From: Oscillospiraceae bacterium
GTDB lineage: Bacteria > Bacillota > Clostridia > Oscillospirales > CAG-272
Reading direction: 5' to 3'
Assembly (NCBI GenBank): GCA_015065135.1
Contig: SVQY01000007.1
Location: 2,216 to 66,215 of the forward strand
Length of the DNA: 64,000 nt
In this document: piece after piece, positions 19,135 to 28,290 of the stretch
Position numbering within the stretch: the stretch's first letter is position 1
Layout of the letters: each line of letters opens with the position of its first letter
Made by a program: the position numbers and the translations under genes
Notes under the pieces: model-generated
Told to the model about the DNA's origin: nothing
Databases searched by the model: none
What the model saw: the letters and a program-made list of their open reading frames with translations, nothing else

Positions 19135-20970
19135 ATGGCAAAGAACAGATATATCGGCGGCTATCCCGTTATCGGCATCCGCCCCATTGTTGACGGCCGT
19201 CGCGGCCCCCTGATGCTGCGCGAGTCGCTTGAGCCCCTGGTATGGGCAATGGCAAAGGCAGCCAAAAAGCTGTTTGAGGAAAATCTGTACTACTCCAACG
19301 GCGAGCCCGTCAAGGTTGTTATGGCAGATACCTGCATCGGTCGTGTGCCCGAGGCAGCCGCCTGCGCCGAAAAATTCAAGAAGGAGGGGGTAGACATCAC
19401 CCTTTCCGTTACTCCCTGCTGGTGCTACGGCTCCGAGACCATGGATATGGATCCCACCACCATCAAGGGCGTCTGGGGCTTTAACGGTACCGAGCGCCCC
19501 GGCGCGGTCTATCTTGCTGCCGTGCTGGCAGGTCACGCCCAGAAGGGTCTGCCCGCCTTTGGCATTTACGGCCACGAGGTACAGGATCGGGATCAGGTGA
19601 CCCAGATCCCCGAGGACGTGCAGGAAAAGCTGCTGCGCTTTGGTCGCGCCGCCGTTGCCGTTGCCACCATGCGCGGCAAATCCTATCTGCAGATCGGCTC
19701 CCAGTGCATGGGCATTGCCGGCTCGATTATGGATCAGGATATGATGGAGAGCTACTTCGGTATGCGCGTGGAGTCTGTGGATGAGGTCGAGATCCTGCGC
19801 CGTATGGAAGAAGGCATCTACAACGAGGAGGAATATCAGAAGGCGCTTGCCTGGACCCGCGAGCATTGCAAGGAGGGGCGTGACGACAACCCCGACTCTG
19901 TGGAATTTCTTGGCGAGGAGCGCCGCATCAAATTCACCCCCGAGGAAAAGGAAAAGCAGTGGGAGTTCACCGTTAAGATGTACTGCATCATCAAGGATCT
20001 GATGGCAGGCAACCAAAATCTTCCCGATCAGTTTGAGGAGGAGAAGGTAGGTCACAACGCCATTGCAGGCGGCTTCCAGGGTCAGCGTCAGTGGACCGAC
20101 CATTGGCCCAACTGCGACTATCCCGAGGCGCTGCTCTCCTCCACCTTTGACTATGAGGGCGCCCGTGAGCCCTTCACCCTTGCCACCGAGAACGATATCC
20201 TCAACGGCATGGGTATGCTGATGATGCGTCTGCTCACCCACCGCGCCCAGATCTTTGCGGATGTGCGCACCTACTGGTCTGCCGATGCCACCAAGCGCGT
20301 GACCGGTTACGACCTCACGGGCAAGGCTGCCGAATCCAACGGTATCATCCACCTGCTCAACTCCGGTGCCGCCTGCCTGGATGCCTGCGGCGAATGCACC
20401 GACGAAAATGGCAATGCTATTATGAAGAAATGGTGGGAGGTCACCGAGGAGGACATCAAAAAGATGACCGATGCCACTGTCTGGTGCGAGGCGGGCTTTG
20501 ATAACTTCCGCGGCGGCGGCTTCTCCAGCCACTACACCACCAAGGCGGAGATGCCCTGCACCATGATCCGTCTGAACCTTGTGAAGGGTCTCGGCCCGGT
20601 GCTGCAGATCGCAGAGGGCTGGACGGTGAATCTCCCCGACGAGGTCTCCGACACGCTGATGGAGCGCACCAATCCCACCTGGCCCTGCACCTGGTTCGCA
20701 CCTCGCTGCGACGGCAAGGAGGGCTCCCCCTTCAAGACCGCCTATGAGGTGATGATGAACTGGGGCGCCAACCACGGTGCCATCTCCTACGGTCACATCG
20801 GTGCGGATCTCATCACCATGTGCTCGATGCTGCGCATTCCCGTTTGTATGCACAACGTGCCCGAGGACAAGATCTACCGCCCTGCCTGCTGGAACGCCTT
20901 CGGCATGGACAAGGAGGGTCAGGACTACCGTGCCTGTGCCACCTACGGTCCGCTTTACAAGAAGGTCTGA
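19135..20970 (+). CDS. fucI: L-fucose isomerase
   Basis: [49 protein letters not shown]. Confidence 0.95.
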   Translation: MAKNRYIGGYPVIGIRPIVDGRRGPLMLRESLEPLVWAMAKAAKKLFEENLYYSNGEPVKVVMADTCIGRVPEAAACAEKFKKEGVDITLSVTPCWCYGSETMDMDPTTIKGVWGFNGTERPGAVYLAAVLAGHAQKGLPAFGIYGHEVQDRDQVTQIPEDVQEKLLRFGRAAVAVATMRGKSYLQIGSQCMGIAGSIMDQDMMESYFGMRVESVDEVEILRRMEEGIYNEEEYQKALAWTREHCKEGRDDNPDSVEFLGEERRIKFTPEEKEKQWEFTVKMYCIIKDLMAGNQNLPDQFEEEKVGHNAIAGGFQGQRQWTDHWPNCDYPEALLSSTFDYEGAREPFTLATENDILNGMGMLMMRLLTHRAQIFADVRTYWSADATKRVTGYDLTGKAAESNGIIHLLNSGAACLDACGECTDENGNAIMKKWWEVTEEDIKKMTDATVWCEAGFDNFRGGGFSSHYTTKAEMPCTMIRLNLVKGLGPVLQIAEGWTVNLPDEVSDTLMERTNPTWPCTWFAPRCDGKEGSPFKTAYEVMMNWGANHGAISYGHIGADLITMCSMLRIPVCMHNVPEDKIYRPACWNAFGMDKEGQDYRACATYGPLYKKV

Positions 20971-20978
20971 TAACGCAA

Positions 20979-21018
20979 TAAAAACCGCTCCGTTTCGTAC
21001 GAAACGGAGCGGTTTTTT
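20979..21018. terminator. Bidirectional terminator between fucI and the ECF S component
   Basis: AAAAACCGCTCCGTTTCG-ta-CGAAACGGAGCGGTTTTT between convergent genes. Confidence 0.8.
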
Positions 21019-21034
21019 GATAACGTGTTGCGTT

Positions 21035-21619
21035 TTACGATTTTTTGCGAATGTTCAACAAGCGAACGATGACGGGCGAGAGGATCAGATTGAAGCCCAA
21101 CTCAAACAGGAAATTGAAGCCGGCAAGGCCCACGAACATATAGGCGGTCGCACTGCCCGTAAAGCCGGCACCCTCCGCCAGAACAGCCACCGCCTCTTGG
21201 AAGAACAAAAGGCAACCGATCAAAAAGATGCCCGTGTTGACCAGGGGACAGACCACGGCCGAAACAACAACGGCTACATATCGGTTGACCTTTTCCAGCG
21301 CGGTATAGACCAGGCCGGCAAGAAAGCCTGCACCGATGCCCTTTGTGAGTACTACCGCAATGGTAGCAGGTGCATTGAATTGTAGAAAGAAGGCTGCATC
21401 GCCGCTTGCCAGCACCACCACGCCGAACACCAGACCGAGCCATGCACCGATGTACGGGCCACAGGTCGCCGCGCCGACCACGATGGGGATCAGCACCAAC
21501 GAAACAGAAAATGGACCGAGGCGAATAAAGCTGCCGACCAGCTGCAATACCACGACCAACGCAGTCAGCATCGCGCCCAAGGTCAGCTGACGGGTCGAGA
21601 TTTTTTGGTTCTTTAACAT
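21035..21619 (-). CDS. ECF transporter S component, probable pantothenate transporter (PanT-like)
   Basis: About 6 TMs, LVLIPIVVGA...GP..GAWLG.VFG, NTG.F; downstream of a CoaX homolog. Confidence 0.75.
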   Translation of the reverse strand: MLKNQKISTRQLTLGAMLTALVVVLQLVGSFIRLGPFSVSLVLIPIVVGAATCGPYIGAWLGLVFGVVVLASGDAAFFLQFNAPATIAVVLTKGIGAGFLAGLVYTALEKVNRYVAVVVSAVVCPLVNTGIFLIGCLLFFQEAVAVLAEGAGFTGSATAYMFVGLAGFNFLFELGFNLILSPVIVRLLNIRKKS

Positions 21620-21633
21620 CAGAACCCTCCTTT

Positions 21634-21698
21634 GGGGACTTTAACCCCTGCTGTCGTCTTGCCCTTGCAAGTACAACGCAGTTCAAATTTATCTGAAC
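21634..21698 (-). ncRNA. Candidate pan RNA motif (cis-regulatory leader)
   Basis: Minus strand CUGC-GUUGU-A-CUUGC-aagg-GCAAG-ACGAC-A-GCAG is a stem-loop with two bulged A (21648-21681), flanked by small hairpins, just 5' of the S-component RBS. Confidence 0.6.
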
Positions 21699-21733
21699 GG
21701 ACACGCGCCGTAAAGATCAAAATATATGCTTTT

Positions 21734-22561
21734 TCAAGCACGTTTGGGGGGATATTTGCATTTTCCGGCATTGAGCAACGCCAAACGGTACAAGCCGATA
21801 TGGGCGAGCTCGGGCTGTAGGATGCAGAGCCGATCCAGCTCCCACATGAACATGGCGTGGTGATCCCCCGTCAAAACGGCAGGCAGCTCCTCCACACCCA
21901 TTTCCTTTTCAAACAGCTCGGTCAGATGCTTGACCGCACCCACATAGCCGAGCATCAGTCCTGCGCGTATACTGTCTCCGGTGTTTGTACCGATGGCGCG
22001 CTCCGCCGAAGAAAGCCCCACGTGGGGCAGCTGCGCCGCGTGCAGCTTCAGCGCCTCCGCGCCAAGCTCGGGACCGGGCAGAATGGCACAGCCCAGAAAT
22101 TCGGGGCCGTTCTTCCCTGCCGCCACGGCAGAAACAGTAGTTACGGTATTGCTGCAATTTAACACCACAAAGGGCGGCTCCTGTTGGGTAAGCGCACCCG
22201 AGACCAACGCCACCAGATCGGCGCCAAGCTCAGCGGGCGCATCGGTACGGATGGTCAGCCCGTTCTTCAGCCCCGCTCCCACCGTCAGGGCAGCAGCATC
22301 CGGATACAGACGGCGTACTGCGCAAAAAACGGGATCGGTCAGCGCGGGCACGGCGGAGGCGATGATACAGCACTCCACCTCACGCTCCAGCACCTTGGGC
22401 ACCAGCATCACAGAAAGCAGCGCCTCATATTCATCGGCAGTACGAACGGGATAGGCGGCAAGCTGAACGGTCGCCTCGGTATACGCCTCCGACGGCTCCA
22501 TGCCGCCCTCAAACAGCGCAAAGGATATTTCCTGGTTATCAACGGTCACGGTCAGTATCAT
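21734..22561 (-). CDS. coaX: Type III pantothenate kinase homolog with degenerate phosphate-binding motifs
   Basis: RTADEY, ASAVP, ELGADL, GCAILPG and IGTNT retained; DxGNT reads TVDNQ and DxGTATT reads NCSNTVTT. Confidence 0.75.
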   Translation of the reverse strand: MILTVTVDNQEISFALFEGGMEPSEAYTEATVQLAAYPVRTADEYEALLSVMLVPKVLEREVECCIIASAVPALTDPVFCAVRRLYPDAAALTVGAGLKNGLTIRTDAPAELGADLVALVSGALTQQEPPFVVLNCSNTVTTVSAVAAGKNGPEFLGCAILPGPELGAEALKLHAAQLPHVGLSSAERAIGTNTGDSIRAGLMLGYVGAVKHLTELFEKEMGVEELPAVLTGDHHAMFMWELDRLCILQPELAHIGLYRLALLNAGKCKYPPKRA

Positions 22562-22582
22562 GCTGCCACCTCCTTTTTTATT

Positions 22583-22611
22583 ATTCTATCGCGCAAGACT
22601 CCTTTTGTCAA
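22583..22611 (-). promoter_or_regulatory. Sigma-A-type promoter for the coaX-S component unit
   Basis: TTGACA-17 bp-TAGAAT on the minus strand. Confidence 0.65.
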
Positions 22612-22619
22612 GTCAGAAG

Positions 22620-22650
22620 GCAAAAAAGACCGCATTGCGGTCTTTTTTGC
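22620..22650 (-). terminator. Rho-independent terminator
   Basis: GCAAAAAAGACCGC-att-GCGGTCTTTTTTGC right after the DUF1836 stop. Confidence 0.75.
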
Positions 22651-23412
22651 TTATTGCTCTGCTTCGTCGTCCGTATCCTTTTCCGGTTTGGCCTCATCCG
22701 TATCCTTTTCCTTCTTTGTTTGCGCCTTTTTTGCCTTTTTTTCTTTTTTGACGGCAACCTTCTCCTCCTTGCGCTCACGCTTGGCGGCGACCTTGCCCTC
22801 CTTGCGCTCACGCTTTTCGGCGGACGCCTCCTCCTGATGATCCTGCTCTACCGTGGCCAGATCCTTATAACGAGCGGCCAACAGCTCCTTGCCGATCTCC
22901 TTCAAGTAAGCGGAAAGCGAGAGAATATCCAAAAGTGATACGAAAAAGTCGTGATCGTCTTTCACATCAAGCTGATCCTCGCGCATCATTTCCTCTACCG
23001 CCTCTACTGCACGCTGACGGTTGCGCTCCTTCAGCATCAGATAGCGACGGTAAGCGGCGATCATATCCTCGCCTTCAAAACCGCACTCCTCACGCACGCC
23101 GATCAGGGTACGCTTGATCTCATCAATAGAAAGTGTATTCTTCATGCCGTAGACCAACAGCATTTCCACAATATGTGCACGGGAGTATTTTTTGCCCGTG
23201 ATCGGGCTGATCAATCCGTCCTTGGAATAGTTGTTGACCATCGTTTTGGTCAGCGCGCGCTCCTGATAGCGTGGTGTAGACTTTGCGTTCCGATCCGCGA
23301 TCAGGCTGAGTATCTGATCCAGGTACAGATCGATGGCAGGGATCTCCTCCTCGGTCAGATCCACATCACCGATCGCCTGCAGCATCACGCTGCGCCATTC
23401 TTGCTCTGTCAT
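22651..23412 (-). CDS. DUF1836 domain protein with Lys/Glu-rich tail
   Basis: IPAIDLYLDQI, LTKTMVNNYSK, KKYSR.H, LSIDEI. Confidence 0.8.
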   Translation of the reverse strand: MTEQEWRSVMLQAIGDVDLTEEEIPAIDLYLDQILSLIADRNAKSTPRYQERALTKTMVNNYSKDGLISPITGKKYSRAHIVEMLLVYGMKNTLSIDEIKRTLIGVREECGFEGEDMIAAYRRYLMLKERNRQRAVEAVEEMMREDQLDVKDDHDFFVSLLDILSLSAYLKEIGKELLAARYKDLATVEQDHQEEASAEKRERKEGKVAAKRERKEEKVAVKKEKKAKKAQTKKEKDTDEAKPEKDTDDEAEQ

Positions 23413-23443
23413 TTTTTACACTCCTTCATTGGGTGATGGTATT

Positions 23444-23472
23444 ATTATATAACAGAAGCGGCGAGGTGTCAA
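23444..23472 (-). promoter_or_regulatory. Sigma-A-type promoter
   Basis: TTGACA-17 bp-TATAAT on the minus strand. Confidence 0.7.
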
Positions 23473-23508
23473 CCCCGCCGCCACATTTTATGGTTTTCAA
23501 AACCGCTT

Positions 23509-24468
23509 TCAGATACCGAGGAACGCGGCACCGATGATACCTGCGTCGTTGCCGAGCTCGGCAATGCAGATCTTGGTGAGAGACACCAGATCGCCGCCAT
23601 ACTGCTCCTGACGCACGAGCGGAATGAGAGGCTTCAGCAGATTTTCTCTCTCATTGGAAACACCGCCGCCAAGCGAGATGACCTCGGGCTGGAAGATGTT
23701 GATCATATTGCCAAGACCGGTTGCAAGATAAGCAAGATACTTATCCACGACCTCCTTGCCCGCCTCGTCGCCTGCGCGCATCGCATCAAATGCAGTCTTG
23801 CCCGAGACCTTGCCCTTTTCGGCGGAGATCTTCTCCAAAAGGGTCTCGCGACCTGCCGCCTTGCACTCCGCCATCTTCTCCTTGGTCATACGGATCAGCG
23901 CGGTTGCGGAGCTATATGCCTCCCAGCATCCCTTGCGACCGCAGGAGCAGGGAGCACCATCCTTTTCAATAACGGTATGGCCCAGCTCGCCGCCGGCGTA
24001 GTTGAAGCCGGAAAACACCTTGCCGTCGATGATGATACCGCCGCCCACGCCGGTGCCAAGAGTGATCATCACAGACTTCTTGGTTCCCTTTGCAGCACCT
24101 GCCACAGCCTCGCCCCAAGCAGCGGCATTGGCATCGTTCTCCACGTGGATGTTCTTCACGCCGGTACGCTCACGCAGCATATCGCAGATAGCAAACTTAC
24201 GGAAGGGCAGATTGTTGGCATATTCCACCACACCGTCGTCGTGGTTGGCAATGCCGGGGCTGGCAATACCGATAGCTTCAATGTCCGCGATCTGCAGGCC
24301 CTCGCCGGCGCACAGCTTTTTACAAAGCATAGCAATATCATCCACGATCAGGGCAGGGTCGCGCTGTGCATTGGTCGGAACGCTATCCTTACGAACGATC
24401 TGATAATTTTCATTGACAAGTCCGGCAGCAATATTGGTGCCACCAAGGTCGATACCGATACGATACAT
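23509..24468 (-). CDS. ROK family sugar kinase (glucokinase-like)
   Basis: Start moved to MYRIGIDLGGT; ENDANAAA, TLGTGVGGG, GELGH, CSCGRKGCWE. Confidence 0.92.
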   Translation of the reverse strand: MYRIGIDLGGTNIAAGLVNENYQIVRKDSVPTNAQRDPALIVDDIAMLCKKLCAGEGLQIADIEAIGIASPGIANHDDGVVEYANNLPFRKFAICDMLRERTGVKNIHVENDANAAAWGEAVAGAAKGTKKSVMITLGTGVGGGIIIDGKVFSGFNYAGGELGHTVIEKDGAPCSCGRKGCWEAYSSATALIRMTKEKMAECKAAGRETLLEKISAEKGKVSGKTAFDAMRAGDEAGKEVVDKYLAYLATGLGNMINIFQPEVISLGGGVSNERENLLKPLIPLVRQEQYGGDLVSLTKICIAELGNDAGIIGAAFLGI

Positions 24469-24517
24469 ATTGATTACCTCTCGTTTTTTCAAATTGCGCT
24501 GTGCGCAGTCTATGAAT

Positions 24518-24546
24518 ATTATAAAAGATACAACGCTAAAAGTCAA
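24518..24546 (-). promoter_or_regulatory. Sigma-A-type promoter for the ROK kinase
   Basis: TTGACT-17 bp-TATAAT on the minus strand. Confidence 0.6.
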
Positions 24547-24556
24547 GGCTTGACGC

Positions 24557-25267
24557 TCATTTTTTGCCACCGAGCAAAACCTCGCGATTGGTGCCATAAA
24601 ACACGTCTGGCGCGCCCGAGATCATTTTGCAGAATTCCTCAAACCTGTCCCATTCGTCCCGAATGTCAAATTCATAGGCGTGCCCCCAGATATAAAAGAT
24701 CTGTGGCGTATCAGCCTGCATAGAAAGAAAACGCTCGCCAAGGCGGAACATCTCCTCCATCTCCACGTGGTGGTAAACGGTAGGATTAAATTCATACAGA
24801 TCGGTCTGCGGTGCAAAGCTGCGGGTAGAATCGGTGGTGCGGCAATATTTCACACCCGTTTTGCGGCGAATGATCTCTGCCACGCGTTTATCGTGATTGA
24901 TACCGCCGCCGGGATAGGCAAATCCTACCACCTCGTAGCCCATCAGATCAGAGAGCGCCAAACGGTCCTCCTCTACCTGCCGCACGATCTCCTGCTCATC
25001 CTCGATTTTCGGCAAAAAGGGATGCGTTACGGTATGGGCGGCGACCTCGTGCCCCTCATATACCGCGCGTACATCGGCAACGGGTATCTTGTTGTGATCC
25101 ACCGTCACGCCGTCTCGTACCAGTGTCCACTCCTTGCCGAGAAGCCCGGAATTGAGATTGAAGGTGGCCTTCAACCCGTATTTGTTAAAAATTTCGATCA
25201 AGCGCTTATCCTGCGTAACACCGTCGTCATAGCTGAAGGTGATCGCCTTCATTTTACCGTTAAACAT
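24557..25267 (-). CDS. Polysaccharide deacetylase (CE4/NodB fold)
   Basis: Start moved to MFNGK; TFSYDDG, HEVAAHTVTHP, FAYP, WGH.YE. Confidence 0.85.
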   Translation of the reverse strand: MFNGKMKAITFSYDDGVTQDKRLIEIFNKYGLKATFNLNSGLLGKEWTLVRDGVTVDHNKIPVADVRAVYEGHEVAAHTVTHPFLPKIEDEQEIVRQVEEDRLALSDLMGYEVVGFAYPGGGINHDKRVAEIIRRKTGVKYCRTTDSTRSFAPQTDLYEFNPTVYHHVEMEEMFRLGERFLSMQADTPQIFYIWGHAYEFDIRDEWDRFEEFCKMISGAPDVFYGTNREVLLGGKK

Positions 25268-25304
25268 AGTATATCTCCGTTTTTCTATGGCATTTGTCAC
25301 TTTT

Positions 25305-26090
25305 TTATCCAAAGCATTCCGCAGCACCGATCACGTCAAGCAGCGCAGGTTCGATCTTGTCCCTGCCGTAAGCATCCAGAAAGCGCTCGGCGTAGCAGCT
25401 TGTTTTTAAATTGAATTGCAGCGTCCAGACCCCCCAGTAAAGATCAATGTGACGGTCACCCACGCCCCCGTTCCCGAGATCGATAAAGCCGGAAAATCGC
25501 CACCCGTCCAGCAGGATATTGGGCAGGCAATAGTCGCCGTGAAGGAGTGAGCGATCATGCAAAAGCGGCTTGGCCCGCATCACAAACGCAAACGCTTCCT
25601 CGGCATCCATTCCCTTCTGCCCCGGCATCAGGTAGCCGCTATCAAACGTGCCCTGTCGGTGATTTTGCTCCACCGTATCAAAATATGCCGACATACGGTC
25701 GGGAACGGGACAATCCGCAGCCGGTATCTCGTGCAGCTTGCGAAGGGTCACAGCCAACAGATCACACAGTCGCTCCGGCTCGGCAAGATAGGTCGCATGG
25801 GTGCAATCCTCGCCCACAAGACGTGGGGTCAGCATCCAATCCTTCTCCAACGACAAATACTCCAACACCGGCACCGAAAGGCCCTTTTGATAAAAATAAT
25901 CCGTCATTTTCGCCTCGGCGGCAAGCGTGCCTTTGGGGGCACATTTCAAGAAATATCCCCCATCCTTCTCCAGGAAAAAGACCCGCGCCTCAGGCGAGCA
26001 ACTGCTGTCAAAAACCGCGCCGCTGCGCAAAAAGTGGCGGAACGGGGTGGGAAAATATAGGTTTTTGGGATCTATCTGTGTTCTTTTCAA
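25305..26090 (-). CDS. Aminoglycoside 3'-phosphotransferase (APH)-like kinase
   Basis: TTG start after AAGGAGG; YFLK, LHGDYCLPNI, GFIDLGNGGVGDRHID, FLDAYG. Confidence 0.8.
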   Translation of the reverse strand: MKRTQIDPKNLYFPTPFRHFLRSGAVFDSSCSPEARVFFLEKDGGYFLKCAPKGTLAAEAKMTDYFYQKGLSVPVLEYLSLEKDWMLTPRLVGEDCTHATYLAEPERLCDLLAVTLRKLHEIPAADCPVPDRMSAYFDTVEQNHRQGTFDSGYLMPGQKGMDAEEAFAFVMRAKPLLHDRSLLHGDYCLPNILLDGWRFSGFIDLGNGGVGDRHIDLYWGVWTLQFNLKTSCYAERFLDAYGRDKIEPALLDVIGAAECFG

Positions 26091-26100
26091 AACACCCTCC

Positions 26101-26823
26101 TTACTCGCGCAGGCCAATGCCACGCGCGAAGGTCACCGAAACGGGAGCGGAGCCGTCGGTCTCCTGCACCATCATTCGTACGCTCCGGGCGTCCATCAGA
26201 TATGCGGCGATCTCCTTGGCATCCCTCAGCTCATCCGGCAGATAAACGCCGCAGCAAGGCCGATACGGCGTATCGGCGTGATAGTCGCCGCCGCAGGTCA
26301 GGATCTTGCCGCTTTTCGCCGCGATCTGTGCAAGCTCCTGCAGATGCGTGCTCTCATATTTGGGATGGCAGCTGATCTCTATGCCATCCATAAAGGAAAC
26401 ATCCTGTAACTGCTTTTTCTTGCGATGCGGATGCGCCTGCACCAGCATCGCGTTCTCTTTTTTGACAAGAGCATATAGCTCTGCAAGCGTGTAGTCAAAC
26501 ATCGTTGGATGGCTGTACAAAAAGTTCTCGCCTACGCCGTAAAGCAAAAAATGCAGCCTGTCATGAAGCTCCAATGTGACCTCAATACCAAAAAAACACC
26601 GAATACCTTCCTTTTCGGCATATTCTGCGGCATAACGGTATTCCGCCATATAGCGCCCAACGTATTCCTGCAGCTCCGTATCTCCGATATATTGCTTGCA
26701 ATAATGATTGGTCAGCACGATGCCATCCAGTCCGACCTTTTTGGCTTCACGCACCATTGTGGGCACATCTGCCTTGCAGCAAATGCTGATGCCGGAGCTA
26801 TGTGCATGCAGATCGATCAGCAT
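26101..26823 (-). CDS. PHP domain metallophosphoesterase
   Basis: DLHAH, LTNH, GIE, AHP, GGDYH. Confidence 0.85.
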   Translation of the reverse strand: MLIDLHAHSSGISICCKADVPTMVREAKKVGLDGIVLTNHYCKQYIGDTELQEYVGRYMAEYRYAAEYAEKEGIRCFFGIEVTLELHDRLHFLLYGVGENFLYSHPTMFDYTLAELYALVKKENAMLVQAHPHRKKKQLQDVSFMDGIEISCHPKYESTHLQELAQIAAKSGKILTCGGDYHADTPYRPCCGVYLPDELRDAKEIAAYLMDARSVRMMVQETDGSAPVSVTFARGIGLRE

Positions 26824-28250
26824 TATATTTTTTCCTTTCTATACGCATAAAGGCGCGCGGCGCATTGATCGATACGTGCGGCAATAGCTTCCTCCACGTC
26901 ACGCCCTTTCAAGGTCAGAATGCGGTGATTTCCTGCACCGTTCTGCGAAAACACGGTTTTTCCCTGCTCGTTGACAGTAACCGTCCCACAAGGGGATTCC
27001 GCCAAAAACGCGCCGCAGCCCTCAAAGCCGTAAAGCACGGTAGCCGGATCCCAGGAGGACCTTCCACCTCGCTGGATCACACCGGGAAACAATGTAAACG
27101 CCAGCGCCAGCGGATTGCCGTCGCCATATTTTTGCAGGATAGGTCCACCGGTCATGATGCCTGCACCCGTTTCGCTGGGCAGCCATACCACGGGAACAGG
27201 AGATCGCTCGGCGACAGTCTGCGCCGCAGGAATATCCAGATGAATATTCCACTCGGTTCGCTCCACGTCGGGGTCAAAGATGCCTGCCATCAGAACGAGC
27301 CTTTCGCAACGTTCGCGCAGCAAAGATACACCATCAAGAGGGCTGATCTCATCTCCCTCGCTTTCCAGCAACGCGGCGATATTGGTCATAGCGCCCACTG
27401 CGCAGATCACCGCGCGGCGGCTCTCACACAGTGCACGGCGCAGCACCTTGACCGCATCCTCGTAGCTATGCTTCTTCTCGCTTTTATCAAAGCGCTCTAC
27501 GATCTGCTTACAATAATGATCGTATGCCCTCAGCTCCCGTGCGGCGCGTCCGATGGGAGGCACCGGCTCACCGAGATCCTCAAAAAAGACGCGGATCGCA
27601 TCGGGGCCCTCGGCGCAGCCGTTGCTATGGGTGACTGCCTTCAGGCATACGGCGCCGCGGCGCTCTGCATCCACCAGATAGGCCAGCGCCATCGCATCGT
27701 CGCAATCCGAACCGAAATCGGTATCCAGGATCATCTCTACCCTCGGCACGCGATATACGCGATCCTGCAGCTCCTTGGCCACACGCTCCGGGTTCGACAA
27801 GGGCACAGGATAACTCATCAGGATCAGCGGCACGCCGATCCCCTCTTTTCGATAAGGGGGCTGCACATAAGGATATTTGTTTTTGTGAAAGCCGTTCCGC
27901 TCATAAAAGCCGATACGTCTGGCAGCCATTTCGTTATCGGGATGCTCCACCTCCAACAAAAGCGCGCCGAAGCGCTGCTGCAACAACCTCAATGCCACCG
28001 AGCCGTGGCCGCCGTTCCGGTGCGCCGCATAAACCACAAGATGCTCCACAAAGACCATCTTTTCCAACTGCCAGATCGTTACAAAGCCAACGCGGATTCC
28101 ATCCTTCACCAAATGGAAAGCGGTATAGTTGGGGTCCTCCAGGACCGCTCTGGCATGCGCCTTGTCTCGCCGCTCCTCAAGCACAAAATTTTGCTCCATT
28201 TCGGCATAGATCGCATCAAAATCAGCTAGGTCTATTTTCTCTAATATCAT
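26823..28250 (-). CDS. GNAT acetyltransferase fused to a nucleoside hydrolase
   Basis: Start moved to MILEK; N-half RNGGHGS, LEVE, RRIGFYERNGF, YVQPP; C-half ILDTDFGSDCDDAMAL, GAMTN, EWNI, SWDP. Confidence 0.8.
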   Translation of the reverse strand: MILEKIDLADFDAIYAEMEQNFVLEERRDKAHARAVLEDPNYTAFHLVKDGIRVGFVTIWQLEKMVFVEHLVVYAAHRNGGHGSVALRLLQQRFGALLLEVEHPDNEMAARRIGFYERNGFHKNKYPYVQPPYRKEGIGVPLILMSYPVPLSNPERVAKELQDRVYRVPRVEMILDTDFGSDCDDAMALAYLVDAERRGAVCLKAVTHSNGCAEGPDAIRVFFEDLGEPVPPIGRAARELRAYDHYCKQIVERFDKSEKKHSYEDAVKVLRRALCESRRAVICAVGAMTNIAALLESEGDEISPLDGVSLLRERCERLVLMAGIFDPDVERTEWNIHLDIPAAQTVAERSPVPVVWLPSETGAGIMTGGPILQKYGDGNPLALAFTLFPGVIQRGGRSSWDPATVLYGFEGCGAFLAESPCGTVTVNEQGKTVFSQNGAGNHRILTLKGRDVEEAIAARIDQCAARLYAYRKEKI

Positions 28251-28290
28251 AGTTTTTTCTCCAAAACCGCAAAACGGTACGATAAATTCG

